A DNA stretch of 64,000 nt from a virus. The position numbers and the translations under genes are program-made. The notes under the pieces are model-generated. The model worked only from the letters and a program-made list of their open reading frames with translations, was not told the origin of the DNA and searched no databases. The DNA lies in the IMG/VR virus record IMGVR_UViG_3300020186_000001, positions 1-64,000 of that record. One strand, given 5' to 3'. How positions within the stretch are numbered: the first letter of the stretch is position 1; each line of letters starts with the position of its first letter. Of the stretch, positions 48,729-57,523 are shown piece after piece.

Positions 48729-49022
48729 GTGGCGTTACGATATTTACAAATTGAAGATACTACGGGGAGGGTGCAACGCGGCCCTGCAAGTGTCTCAGCC
48801 TCATGGACTGATGAGCAGTTCAGTGTTGGCGGTGGCGGTGTAGCCACAGTCTCCCTTGCTTCAACTATCACAGGCATCACCAAGATTGACGTGTATGTGA
48901 ATGGAGTTTTGAGACGCGAGGGTGCCGGAAATACTTGGGTTAGAAATGTAACCCCTGCTAGAATTGATTTCGCTGAAACTATCCCACAAAACGCATGGAT
49001 TCTTGTCAGAGTATGGAGTTAA
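48729..49022 (+). CDS. small Ig-like virion protein
   Basis: IDVYVNGVLR resembles the repeats in 42860..45082. Confidence 0.6.
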   Translation: MALRYLQIEDTTGRVQRGPASVSASWTDEQFSVGGGGVATVSLASTITGITKIDVYVNGVLRREGAGNTWVRNVTPARIDFAETIPQNAWILVRVWS

Positions 49023-49025
49023 TAA

Positions 49026-52000
49026 ATGCCTATAGATAAACAGCAGTCTACTCAGATGGTGAACGAGGCACAATTGCCCGTTCTTCGCACAACCGCTCGC
49101 CAAGAGCTTGCGGCTATCTTCGGCCTTCTCAACAGCGAGCTACAGTCTCCTTTGAGGTTGTTCGCAAGTGATCCGTCGGACGCACTTCTCAACATTGCGT
49201 CTAACGCGGTGATTGGAGCCGACGGAGCTAGAAAGACGATCCTGAGTGCAGATGATGCGATAGGGCTGTTTGCAGCCACTACGATTAACTTGCAGACTGC
49301 TGCAATTGTCGGTGGGACTGTCCAAGTTCAAGGAGCGGCCTTCGCTCTACCAACGACAACGATAGGTCAATTTAGAAGATTGGCCTTGGTTTACTCAAAC
49401 TCAACGAACATCGTAAACACGATCTTCTCTGCTGCGGCTGCATCAGTTGCGGCCTTAAGCGATCCAGTCAACCTGTTCACAGCACTTGACGGAACGCCTA
49501 TCGGGTACATTGATCTCGAAGCTACTGCTGCGAACGCTTTTAAAACTGCTGGCTCTGCTACATCTGTTGTAGAGAACTCTGTTGGTGGCACAGCACGCAT
49601 CGTGAAGCCTGCCGCATCGGGTTCTGGCTCTGGAGGAGGCGGAGGCACTGATCTCAAGCTACAAGCGATTGCAGCGAACGTGGGGACTCTGAAGAAGGGG
49701 TTTCTACGCTATGACTCGACTCTAATCGGCCTTGAGGCTGATATCTCATTTAACCTTAAAACTGCGGTTAGCAGTCTTGGGGTTGTTGCTCCATCAGCAT
49801 CGACTTCTTATTACCTGTATCTTGACATGGGAGCGTTGCCAGTATCCTTGACGACTCACGCGAGTGTTGGTTTTCAATATTACGCAGTCTCTTCTGGAAC
49901 GACTGGAATGCTTGTGGTCTTAACTGCCGACGCTTCGACAGTAGACCTTAGTCGCTACATCCCAATCGCCCTTCTTAGAACAGATGGATCCAGTAACTAC
50001 GCACTAAAGGCTGATGCAGCAAGAAAGATTCACAGCGGCCCAAGCGTCAATGTCTCTCCATTAGTCTACGAGGACTCTGATCACTCTATCGGAACTGTTG
50101 GATCTGCTGGTCAACTCGCAACTTATGGTAGTCTGGCGACAACAGATTTCCCAAACACTACGACACTCCACGTTTATGGTGGGAATGAGGCTTCCGGCAC
50201 ATCTCTGAACGACTCTGCATCCTCCCCTATAGCTCTGACTGGGACTGCAACTCCTCTCTTCAACAGAGTTGGGTTCTTTGGAAGAGAGACGATACCTTCT
50301 ACTCTAAACGGATCATCTCAATTCTGGTCTTCTACAAACGCTGAGTTCTCTTATGCAACTGCCTCTGGAGCTACAAGCTTTGGGGGATGGTTCTACAAAG
50401 AGAATTGGGCTGATGCTACAGCTAGGACGCTGATGTCCATTGGAACTGCGGCTGCTACCTGTATCCGCTTAAGTCTTACTACTGGCAATACGGTACGAGT
50501 AGAGTCATTCGCTACTAGCATCACTCCTTCTGCTTCGACTTCGGGAATGGTTGGATGGAATCATATTTCAGTGACTCTCAGCACTACGACTGCAAGATTG
50601 TACATCAATGGACAGTTGATTGGTTCTGCTACGATCACAAGTGGGACAACTGGGAATGGACTATTCGTTGGAGCACTTAACGGTGCATCCGAGTTCTCCA
50701 ATATCTCAATTCAAGATGTCTTCATTCACAAGGGTACAGTCTTAACTGATAGCCAAGTGAACGTCATTGCCTCTAAGAGATACAAAGGCAAACAGATTGC
50801 AGGCGGTCACGTCTTAGCTACAGATAGCTTTCCTCTAAACTCTTTAGCGAGCAAAGTTTCATACTGGAACTTAGCTACTTTGAATGACTCATCTGGAAAT
50901 GGCAAGACTCTTACCAACGTAGGCTCCACGCCATTCACTGGACTAGACATCTTCGGAGTGTCGGGTGTCGCGACTCTTGACGGATCATCTCAAAGGTTTA
51001 CTTCTGCCGACGCACTCTTTAACCCTGGCAATACTCCATTCTCATACGGAGGATGGTTTAGCACTGACAATTGGGCTAGAAGCATTCAGCAGCTCATGGG
51101 AAATAATGGAGCATCTCACACTTGGAGAATTCACACTGACACGACTGGAATTGTATTCACTTGTGGGACAAGTGCTCCTACAGTGGTTCCCAGCATTACT
51201 CCACAAGCTGGATCTTGGAATCACTTAGCTTCGGTGTATGATGGCACTGGCGCATGGTATCTCTACGTGAACGGTGTTCAAGTTGGGACATCCTCTAACA
51301 CCAACACTGCCGCTGCTGGAACCTTTACTCTTGGAGCCAACACTGCTGGTTCTCAGTCATTCTTTGGCAGAATGCAAGATGTCTTCTTTGCCAGCGTAGC
51401 TTTGTCTGGACTAGACATTCTAAAACTTGCATCAGCTCGCATTGATCTTCCTTCCAATGTTGCGGTCAGACTTCAAGATCAAGACTGGAACGGTAATTTC
51501 ATCTCTGAAGACGGTCAAACTGTAAACGAGCTAAGCGATGCGTTCTTAGTTGATAAAGACAACACTAAGATTTGGGCGTACTTCGGTGGAGGCTCTGCAT
51601 CGAGAGTTAACCTTAGACTCTATGATGGTGGCCTTGGTGCGACTACGGTTCCAGTTCGTAAGTTTGACCGAAGCTACACTGCGGCACTGCCTACAACCAT
51701 TGCTCACGGACTTCCATCGCGTCCTACGAGCATCGAGATTCAGCACAATGAGAATGCTGACGGCAGGTATGTAAACTTAAATGCTGAGACATATCTGAAG
51801 TGTGATGACACGAACATCTACACGACAACATCTTCGCTCACGATTGATGCGACAAGAGATGTCAGAATCGTAGCCTCTATCGGTGTACCTGCGATCGGAG
51901 CGGGCGGCGGGGCAACGTCTACCGTGGCGGGTACAGTCACTAGTTTTTCTCCCATTGTTTTGTCTGCAGTGAATACGGTTTCAGCCGCTGGCTACACAAT

Positions 52001-52622
52001 TTTAACTGCCGATGGATATCAAACGATTGCCGTTTCCCTGATGTCAGGGGCCGACCGGACGATCACACTTCCAGCGACGGCGAGCAACGTGGGCCGAAAA
52101 ATCAGCGTCGTGAGAACTGCAACCGACGGAGAGGGTTCGTACAGAGTAATCATTAACGCCGCAGGCGCAGATGTCATTTACGGCGGACACTCCATCACAG
52201 CAACCACGTTAAACTTAGATCGAAGATTTCAATGTACAACGCTAGAGTGCCTTGCGTCAGGCATATGGTCACAAGTGGAAGCGACGGGCACAATCATCTT
52301 GGCAGCAAACTTAGATGGTAATTTTACAGCAGGAGCAATTTACGCCTATCGAATCGGGAACTCGATCACGATACAAATTTCAAGCCCCGCATGGACCGCT
52401 GGATCAACCTCGCGGTCGACCTCAGCAATCGTTTTACCGGCAGGGTTTCGTCCAGGAGTCAGAACAGTTTTTGCCTGCGCAGCTAGAAACGGATCCCACG
52501 GGTATGATGTTACATTTGTCGCTGAGACGACGGGGATTATCACAGTTCAGACAAGCGACGGCGCGGCGTCTAGTATGGACGATTACGCGGGCATATCCGG
52601 GAGTATTCTAATAAGGTTTTAA
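49026..52622 (+). CDS. tail fibre/receptor-binding protein with two LamG (ConA-like) domains
   Basis: GWNHISVT...RLYINGQLIG and GSWNHLASVYDG..YLYVNGVQV; C-terminal LPAGFRP tip domain. Confidence 0.8.
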   Translation: MPIDKQQSTQMVNEAQLPVLRTTARQELAAIFGLLNSELQSPLRLFASDPSDALLNIASNAVIGADGARKTILSADDAIGLFAATTINLQTAAIVGGTVQVQGAAFALPTTTIGQFRRLALVYSNSTNIVNTIFSAAAASVAALSDPVNLFTALDGTPIGYIDLEATAANAFKTAGSATSVVENSVGGTARIVKPAASGSGSGGGGGTDLKLQAIAANVGTLKKGFLRYDSTLIGLEADISFNLKTAVSSLGVVAPSASTSYYLYLDMGALPVSLTTHASVGFQYYAVSSGTTGMLVVLTADASTVDLSRYIPIALLRTDGSSNYALKADAARKIHSGPSVNVSPLVYEDSDHSIGTVGSAGQLATYGSLATTDFPNTTTLHVYGGNEASGTSLNDSASSPIALTGTATPLFNRVGFFGRETIPSTLNGSSQFWSSTNAEFSYATASGATSFGGWFYKENWADATARTLMSIGTAAATCIRLSLTTGNTVRVESFATSITPSASTSGMVGWNHISVTLSTTTARLYINGQLIGSATITSGTTGNGLFVGALNGASEFSNISIQDVFIHKGTVLTDSQVNVIASKRYKGKQIAGGHVLATDSFPLNSLASKVSYWNLATLNDSSGNGKTLTNVGSTPFTGLDIFGVSGVATLDGSSQRFTSADALFNPGNTPFSYGGWFSTDNWARSIQQLMGNNGASHTWRIHTDTTGIVFTCGTSAPTVVPSITPQAGSWNHLASVYDGTGAWYLYVNGVQVGTSSNTNTAAAGTFTLGANTAGSQSFFGRMQDVFFASVALSGLDILKLASARIDLPSNVAVRLQDQDWNGNFISEDGQTVNELSDAFLVDKDNTKIWAYFGGGSASRVNLRLYDGGLGATTVPVRKFDRSYTAALPTTIAHGLPSRPTSIEIQHNENADGRYVNLNAETYLKCDDTNIYTTTSSLTIDATRDVRIVASIGVPAIGAGGGATSTVAGTVTSFSPIVLSAVNTVSAAGYTILTADGYQTIAVSLMSGADRTITLPATASNVGRKISVVRTATDGEGSYRVIINAAGADVIYGGHSITATTLNLDRRFQCTTLECLASGIWSQVEATGTIILAANLDGNFTAGAIYAYRIGNSITIQISSPAWTAGSTSRSTSAIVLPAGFRPGVRTVFACAARNGSHGYDVTFVAETTGIITVQTSDGAASSMDDYAGISGSILIRF

Positions 52623-52786
52623 ATTTAGCGCGGGGTGTTGGTTCTATCGAGTCCCCAGGCACTTGGAATACAGTGCAGCTATTTGGCCACTCAAGCGGCA
52701 ATACCCTGACGCCAACAGAGCGAACGCTAATTATCAGGGATGTGCGAGAATGAATTCAGAATACGTCTCCGAAGGAGGACCAATAA

Positions 52787-52870
52787 ATGAGTAATCACTG
52801 GGTAATAAATAGTTCAACAAAGGCAATGATTGATCCAGACAACGTAACTTGGACGGAGGTGCCAGCATGA
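52787..52870 (+). pseudogene. 27-aa remnant resembling a tail-fibre assembly chaperone
   Basis: Strong AAGGAGG Shine-Dalgarno; MSNHWVINSSTKAMIDPDNVTWTEVPA ends in a DPxNVTWxxxP-type motif. Confidence 0.4.
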
Positions 52871-53319
52871 ATCCGATAGATACTAAACTAATAAGTCAGA
52901 GTACGGGTATAGTCAAAAGCATCGAATACCTGCACAATTTTAACCAAACTGATGGGTCCAATACTACTGACTTTGATTATGGGCCCCAAGGTGCAAAATT
53001 TGGCACGATGACTGGCCAACAATTCAAGAGAATTTCTTGGAGGTTTCCACTTGGACCAGGCGATGTTTTAGAATTTGAACTTTCTGAGAACACCGGACAA
53101 AATTGGGCTAAAAATGCCGATTTTAGTATGATATGTTCGTGGTCCCTACAAACAACAACTGTTTACGGCTATCAAGTAGCTAACTTTACAGCGACAACTG
53201 CTGATGTTTATTTTGGTTTGTATAGGAACGTAGCCACCGGAGCCTATGGTGCAGCAGGATATGCGTGGACAGGGCTTAGCAGCCATCGCTGGAGAGTAAA
53301 GAAGACCGCTTATTATTGA
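52867..53319 (+). CDS. fibre-tip-like hypothetical protein
   Basis: ATGA-coupled; beta-rich, ends RWRVKK. Confidence 0.55.
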   Translation: MNPIDTKLISQSTGIVKSIEYLHNFNQTDGSNTTDFDYGPQGAKFGTMTGQQFKRISWRFPLGPGDVLEFELSENTGQNWAKNADFSMICSWSLQTTTVYGYQVANFTATTADVYFGLYRNVATGAYGAAGYAWTGLSSHRWRVKKTAYY

Positions 53320-53367
53320 ATAGTGCCTCAATGTGACTTTTAGCAAATTATGATAAGGGGTATTAAA

Positions 53368-53603
53368 ATGAACTTAAAACGAAATTCACTAGGGATCTTT
53401 TTATCTCCACTGTTGCTTTTGCTGCGCCTGGGGATCGCTACATTGAGAACCAAACGAGCAACAAAGACATCATCTTTCAGGTCAACAAAGCTGGCGTGAA
53501 GACTGAAGTCATGAGAGCGAATGGCACTACTGGAGCTGTCTCTTTAAAGGGTGTCGCAAATACAAATAACTACGCAAAATTCTACGCTGTACGAGTGAGA
53601 TAA
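53368..53603 (+). pseudogene. frameshifted, internally shortened signal-peptide fibre-like gene
   Basis: MNLKRNSLGIF continues after a shift in the T5 run (53398-53402) as FISTVAFA-APGDRYIENQTSNKDIIFQVNK...FYAVRVR*. Confidence 0.5.
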
Positions 53604-53605
53604 CC

Positions 53606-54583
53606 ATGAAAACCTTGTTTCTAGTTCTTTTGCCCTTAATCACTAGCTGCGGTTGGGGACCATTCAAGAGGAAGCATGAGCAAGCAGACTCCACAACTCA
53701 AGGTCTTGACTTACTCGCCTCCAAAAAGCGACTCTACTGTGAACTGTCCAAAGACGCTTATGATAAAAAAGGGTATGTCGTTGCAAAATGCGACGGCTTA
53801 TTATTCACAAGCCTGCGGGGGATTGGCTGCCAAGATGCTGATGTCAGAGCTTTCGAAAGCACAGATAGACCAGGAAGATGGTACAGAAGTCCAACGCATG
53901 ATTGTTTTATCCCTTCTCAGGTGAATGTGGACAATGGAGCAAACTCCACTATCTCAAAAGACATGATACTCGGTCTCATGAACAACCTCTGGTATACTAA
54001 GAATCTAGCTGCTGTTGATCGAACTATTGAGTACGGCAAATCTCATAGCTGGATTATGGGCGAAGCCAAGGATGAAGCAACTGTCGCAAGCAAATGTGCG
54101 TTGTCTCCTGGCCTTATTTCAAACCTCTACGATATGCAGAGTAAACTGAATGGATCAGGACTTAATATTACTGCTCCAAGCTCAGAGGACGATGCTGTTG
54201 GAGTCAACACTGGATTCAGAGCACACTTGGATGTTCTACACGTCATTTTTTCCGGCTCTTTGTATGGTGCTATTAACGATATTCAAATCTCGACGTTGAA
54301 GAACCAGGCTAAAAGAATGCCTCGCAATGCTATGTATCAAGCTGCGAAATCAGCTTATGACGGTGGAGATCAGTCTGCGGCAGTGTCTCTTTTGATGGAT
54401 GAGAAAAGATTTCCTGCGGATCGTCTCCCGACATCTGCTGAATTTTGTTCAGATTACTTGTGGACAGATGATGACACCCCTAAAGATTGGGAGCCATGTC
54501 CCGATGGTAAGACTATCTATGAAGGACTTGACTTCATCATAGCCGCTTCAATTGCGGATGGATCATTCTTTAAGAGGCCGTAA
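53606..54583 (+). CDS. lipoprotein of unknown function
   Basis: Signal peptide MKTLFLVLLPLITS-C with lipobox. Confidence 0.7.
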   Translation: MKTLFLVLLPLITSCGWGPFKRKHEQADSTTQGLDLLASKKRLYCELSKDAYDKKGYVVAKCDGLLFTSLRGIGCQDADVRAFESTDRPGRWYRSPTHDCFIPSQVNVDNGANSTISKDMILGLMNNLWYTKNLAAVDRTIEYGKSHSWIMGEAKDEATVASKCALSPGLISNLYDMQSKLNGSGLNITAPSSEDDAVGVNTGFRAHLDVLHVIFSGSLYGAINDIQISTLKNQAKRMPRNAMYQAAKSAYDGGDQSAAVSLLMDEKRFPADRLPTSAEFCSDYLWTDDDTPKDWEPCPDGKTIYEGLDFIIAASIADGSFFKRP

Positions 54584-54784
54584 ATGAAACTCATCATCGA
54601 TAGAGAAAAAACTGTCGATGAAGCTGAGAAGCGGAAAGCTAAGAACGCAGATCTTATTGCAAGAATGAAGGCTGGCGAATCAACCTCTCTTTATAGCCCT
54701 CAAGCAACATGGTTTCCTCCTAGACCTATAATCGAAAAAGACAAAGATATAGTTAAAAAGCTTTTTGAGGTTGAAGATGAGTAA
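54584..54784 (+). CDS. hypothetical protein
   Basis: Abuts the previous stop. Confidence 0.55.
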   Translation: MKLIIDREKTVDEAEKRKAKNADLIARMKAGESTSLYSPQATWFPPRPIIEKDKDIVKKLFEVEDE

Positions 54785-55208
54785 CGAGATACTACTCACC
54801 ATAGCTAAAGACTACGGCCCGATATTTCTGTCGGTAGTTGGGACCATCCTTCTCGCAGTGCTCAGTGGTATCGGCTGGATGGTTGGCTACATCTGGAAGA
54901 ACGAAAAGAAAAATATCAAAACAATCGCAGATGGTTTCAAAAGCTTAGCCGAGTCTTTCACCGTTCTTGAAAAACAGAACATCTCAGAACATGGTAAACT
55001 ATGGGATATCATACAACAGCAGAGAGCAGAGCTTGGCATCCATATCAGAAGTAATGATCATTTGAAATCAACGATCATGAACCTGGAGGGAATTGTTAAA
55101 TCGCAGCAAGAGACCTTGTTTAAACACGTTGAGAAGATTACGAGAGTTGATTCTAAGCTTGAGGCGATATTCAGACACCTCGATGCACCAAAAAGAGCTA
55201 CAGATTAA
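54777..55208 (+). CDS. membrane-anchored coiled-coil protein (holin-like?)
   Basis: One N-terminal transmembrane segment followed by a coiled coil. Confidence 0.55.
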   Translation: MSNEILLTIAKDYGPIFLSVVGTILLAVLSGIGWMVGYIWKNEKKNIKTIADGFKSLAESFTVLEKQNISEHGKLWDIIQQQRAELGIHIRSNDHLKSTIMNLEGIVKSQQETLFKHVEKITRVDSKLEAIFRHLDAPKRATD

Positions 55209-55214
55209 TTCAAA

Positions 55215-55646
55215 ATGACCGATGAACAACTAACTTTAATTTGGAGGTTTTTTATGAAAGCTGCATTTTTCGCATTGGTATTTCTAAGTCTAGCCGATAT
55301 CGCACTGGCTGCTGATGTCATTGCAACCGTTGCACCAGTTGAGGCTGCTCCAAGTATGTTCGCTGGCATTCTTGCTATGATTATGAATCCAGCAATGATG
55401 GCAAAGATCGTTGCAATGATGGTTGGCCTTCAATTGATCCTTCGCGGTATGGCTGAAGGCTTAACCAAGATCTCGGTTTATACCGACAACAACTGGGATA
55501 ACAAGATTTCTGGGATGCTTTCTGAAGCTGCATGGCTTCTTGGATCAATCCTTGGCAAGTTCGGATACAGCGAACCATCAGAAGTCTCCAAATACAAAGT
55601 AGAACTGGCACAAGAAAAATCAGTCGCACAAGCTCCTCAGAAATGA
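55215..55646 (+). CDS. membrane protein (holin-like?)
   Basis: Hydrophobic segments; TDNNWDNKI resembles TxxxxDD holin-type motifs; alternative start at 55254. Confidence 0.5.
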   Translation: MTDEQLTLIWRFFMKAAFFALVFLSLADIALAADVIATVAPVEAAPSMFAGILAMIMNPAMMAKIVAMMVGLQLILRGMAEGLTKISVYTDNNWDNKISGMLSEAAWLLGSILGKFGYSEPSEVSKYKVELAQEKSVAQAPQK

Positions 55647-55930
55647 GCGAACAACCGGTTCAAGAGGCTGTGAAAAAACCACTCTCAACTGCACAGTTGG
55701 GATTGAGTCTTCTTTCTTTCATGGAGAAGTTCGGTCTTGCAGTCCTAATTGGCTTGTTAGAGCTTGCGAGGATTAAGCAGAAAAAAGCTGAGAACTCGTA
55801 TGCTCTTGAAAAAACAAAAGCCGAAGTGAGGGAGAAGCAAGATGCGGTTGATAAGAGAATGGCAGAGAAGAGTGATCGCGATGTTATTACTGATTTCCTA
55901 CAGTCCGATGACAAAGGCTCAGGAAGCTAG
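55643..55930 (+). CDS. membrane-anchored coiled-coil protein (spanin-like?)
   Basis: Hydrophobic N-terminal half, charged helical C-terminal half; overlaps the next ORF. Confidence 0.45.
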   Translation: MSEQPVQEAVKKPLSTAQLGLSLLSFMEKFGLAVLIGLLELARIKQKKAENSYALEKTKAEVREKQDAVDKRMAEKSDRDVITDFLQSDDKGSGS

Positions 55931-56183
55931 CTCGGTATCGTTTGACAAGCCTCTTCTTTGTCTTGATTCAAGAGATCAAACAAAGATCTCAAAAGCAATT
56001 AAAGATCTTTTGAAATGTCAAATTGATCTTGATGCTAAAAATAAACTCATTGATGAAAGATTGATCACCTATCAAAACACGCCAACGACTACATGGTGGC
56101 AAGAGCCTTCTGTGATCGTTGGCGGAGTAACTGTCTCATTTTGTTTGGGTGCGCTAGTTGCTTATTCGATGACTCGCAAGTAA
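55842..56183 (+). CDS. signal peptide + C-terminal transmembrane protein (lysis accessory?)
   Basis: N-terminal signal, coiled coil and WWQEP-TM C-terminus. Confidence 0.5.
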   Translation: MRLIREWQRRVIAMLLLISYSPMTKAQEASSVSFDKPLLCLDSRDQTKISKAIKDLLKCQIDLDAKNKLIDERLITYQNTPTTTWWQEPSVIVGGVTVSFCLGALVAYSMTRK

Positions 56184-56212
56184 AATTGCTACATCATTCT
56201 TCTTTCAGATTG

Positions 56213-56497
56213 CTATCCTCCTTGGAGTGCTTCGATGCTATCGGAGCATTCTTTTTGAGACTCCTTTACAATCTCTGACATCTCTTTTAAAAACGACAAG
56301 TGAATACCAAGTGTGTCTACAACGTCTTTTACAGCTTTCGCAGTTAGTGGAGAGATAAGCAGATACTCGTCGATGACTTTGATAAGACTAGAATTCGCAG
56401 CTTCAATAAAAATGATCGCATCATTTAAATGATCTTGATGCTCATCACCCTGCTCTTGCTTCTCAACCCAAATCTCTTTCATACGTCCCATAAGCAC
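56213..56497 (-). CDS. hypothetical protein
   Basis: GAGG Shine-Dalgarno; last gene of the - strand block. Confidence 0.6.
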   Translation of the reverse strand: MLMGRMKEIWVEKQEQGDEHQDHLNDAIIFIEAANSSLIKVIDEYLLISPLTAKAVKDVVDTLGIHLSFLKEMSEIVKESQKECSDSIEALQGG

Positions 56498-56514
56498 CTC
56501 AGTTGTTGCGAAAT

Positions 56515-56634
56515 TTAACGCTCCATATCGCTATCTTGGGCATCCGACACCTTGCCGGAATACCAGTCTTCAAATCCTTCTTCGCAGTCGCCAGACTCAA
56601 CCAACTCTTCCCATTCCAAATATAATTCGTCCAT
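56515..56634 (-). CDS. 39-aa acidic microprotein (paralog of 63808..63927)
   Basis: AAGGAG Shine-Dalgarno; MDELYLEWEELVESGDCEEGFEDWYSGKVSDAQDSDMER. Confidence 0.65.
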   Translation of the reverse strand: MDELYLEWEELVESGDCEEGFEDWYSGKVSDAQDSDMER

Positions 56635-56648
56635 TTTAGTCTCCTTGT

Positions 56649-56861
56649 TTAAGAGCCGACTTTGTCTTCAAGTTCAAGATTGCAAGCGAGCTGCGAGTCG
56701 AGAAATTTGAAATTTTGAAGATCAGCGTCTGCGCTTTCGCGATCCCGGTACAAGCCCAAAACTTCGAACTTGCCGTTTAGCTCACTCCATAACTCGTATC
56801 GCATCGACTTGTCTTCGCTTCCGACGGCGATCATCAAGCTGTATGTCCTGTAGGTCTTCAT
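56649..56861 (-). CDS. hypothetical protein
   Basis: AAGGAG Shine-Dalgarno; first gene after a promoter. Confidence 0.65.
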   Translation of the reverse strand: MKTYRTYSLMIAVGSEDKSMRYELWSELNGKFEVLGLYRDRESADADLQNFKFLDSQLACNLELEDKVGS

Positions 56862-56913
56862 CGCGTTCTCCTTTGTGTGTGTTTGCTTGGTTGTTGTATC
56901 TTTTACATACTAA

Positions 56914-56942
56914 TACATCGTACTTTTTCGTATTAAACTTTA
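56914..56942 (-). promoter_or_regulatory. sigma28-type promoter P1
   Basis: TAAAGTTT-N12-TACGATGTA. Confidence 0.7.
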
Positions 56943-57000
56943 ATAAATCTTGATACATCAATCACATCATAAGGTTACGGTCTGTTGAAATCGTAAAAAG

Positions 57001-57034
57001 AAAAAACCCCGTAAGATGTTGATCCTACGAGGTT
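57001..57034 (-). terminator. Rho-independent terminator
   Basis: - strand AACCTCGTAGGA-loop-TCTTACGGGGTT followed by a T run. Confidence 0.8.
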
Positions 57035-57077
57035 CATTCCGGTGGTTCTTAGTGGCTAAACGGAGAGCACCGGAAAT

Positions 57078-57374
57078 CTATGATTTAGTTAGCTTTTTCT
57101 TGGCCAACCTGAATCTTGGGTTCTTAAGGCTTTCTAGCTTCTTGAAATAGGCATCCTTATTCACGCCCATCCCAGCCTTAAAGCATCGTCCTTCAAAATC
57201 ACATGTTCCGCAAGTATTGTTCTCAAACTCCCAGAACCCGAAACACGATCCATCGACTGCCTTCAAATGTAGAGAGGACCGGACAATTGCAGCATTCAGG
57301 TATTCAACAGTGGCTTCTGGCAGAACTGGTATTCCACGAGCTTCACAATATTCAATCAGTTGTTTCTTGTTCAT
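57078..57374 (-). CDS. small Cys-cluster protein
   Basis: MNKKQLIEYC.. helical start; CFGFW..CGTCDFEGRC. Confidence 0.65.
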   Translation of the reverse strand: MNKKQLIEYCEARGIPVLPEATVEYLNAAIVRSSLHLKAVDGSCFGFWEFENNTCGTCDFEGRCFKAGMGVNKDAYFKKLESLKNPRFRLAKKKLTKS

Positions 57375-57523
57375 GGCTTCGTTATTTTGCAACGCCTACA
57401 GTAATTAACTTTAACTACACTGCTATCGACTCTCTTGAACTTGTGACCTAAGATCATGCAAAGGTACTCTGCCAACTCGTCGAACCAGTCTCTCCTTACT
57501 CGGCTTGATTTTAAAATACTCAT
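57371..57523 (-). CDS. 50-aa Zn-binding microprotein (DUF1660-like; not in the ORF track)
   Basis: LCMILGHKF...YCRRC; abuts the vWA gene stop and is ATGA-coupled to the next gene. Confidence 0.6.
   Translation of the reverse strand: MSILKSSRVRRDWFDELAEYLCMILGHKFKRVDSSVVKVNYCRRCKITKP

Noticed and set aside
52600-53600. Diversity-generating retroelement or invertible shufflon at the fibre tip
   Set aside because: No reverse transcriptase, template/variable repeat pair, recombinase or inverted crossover sites are visible in this window.
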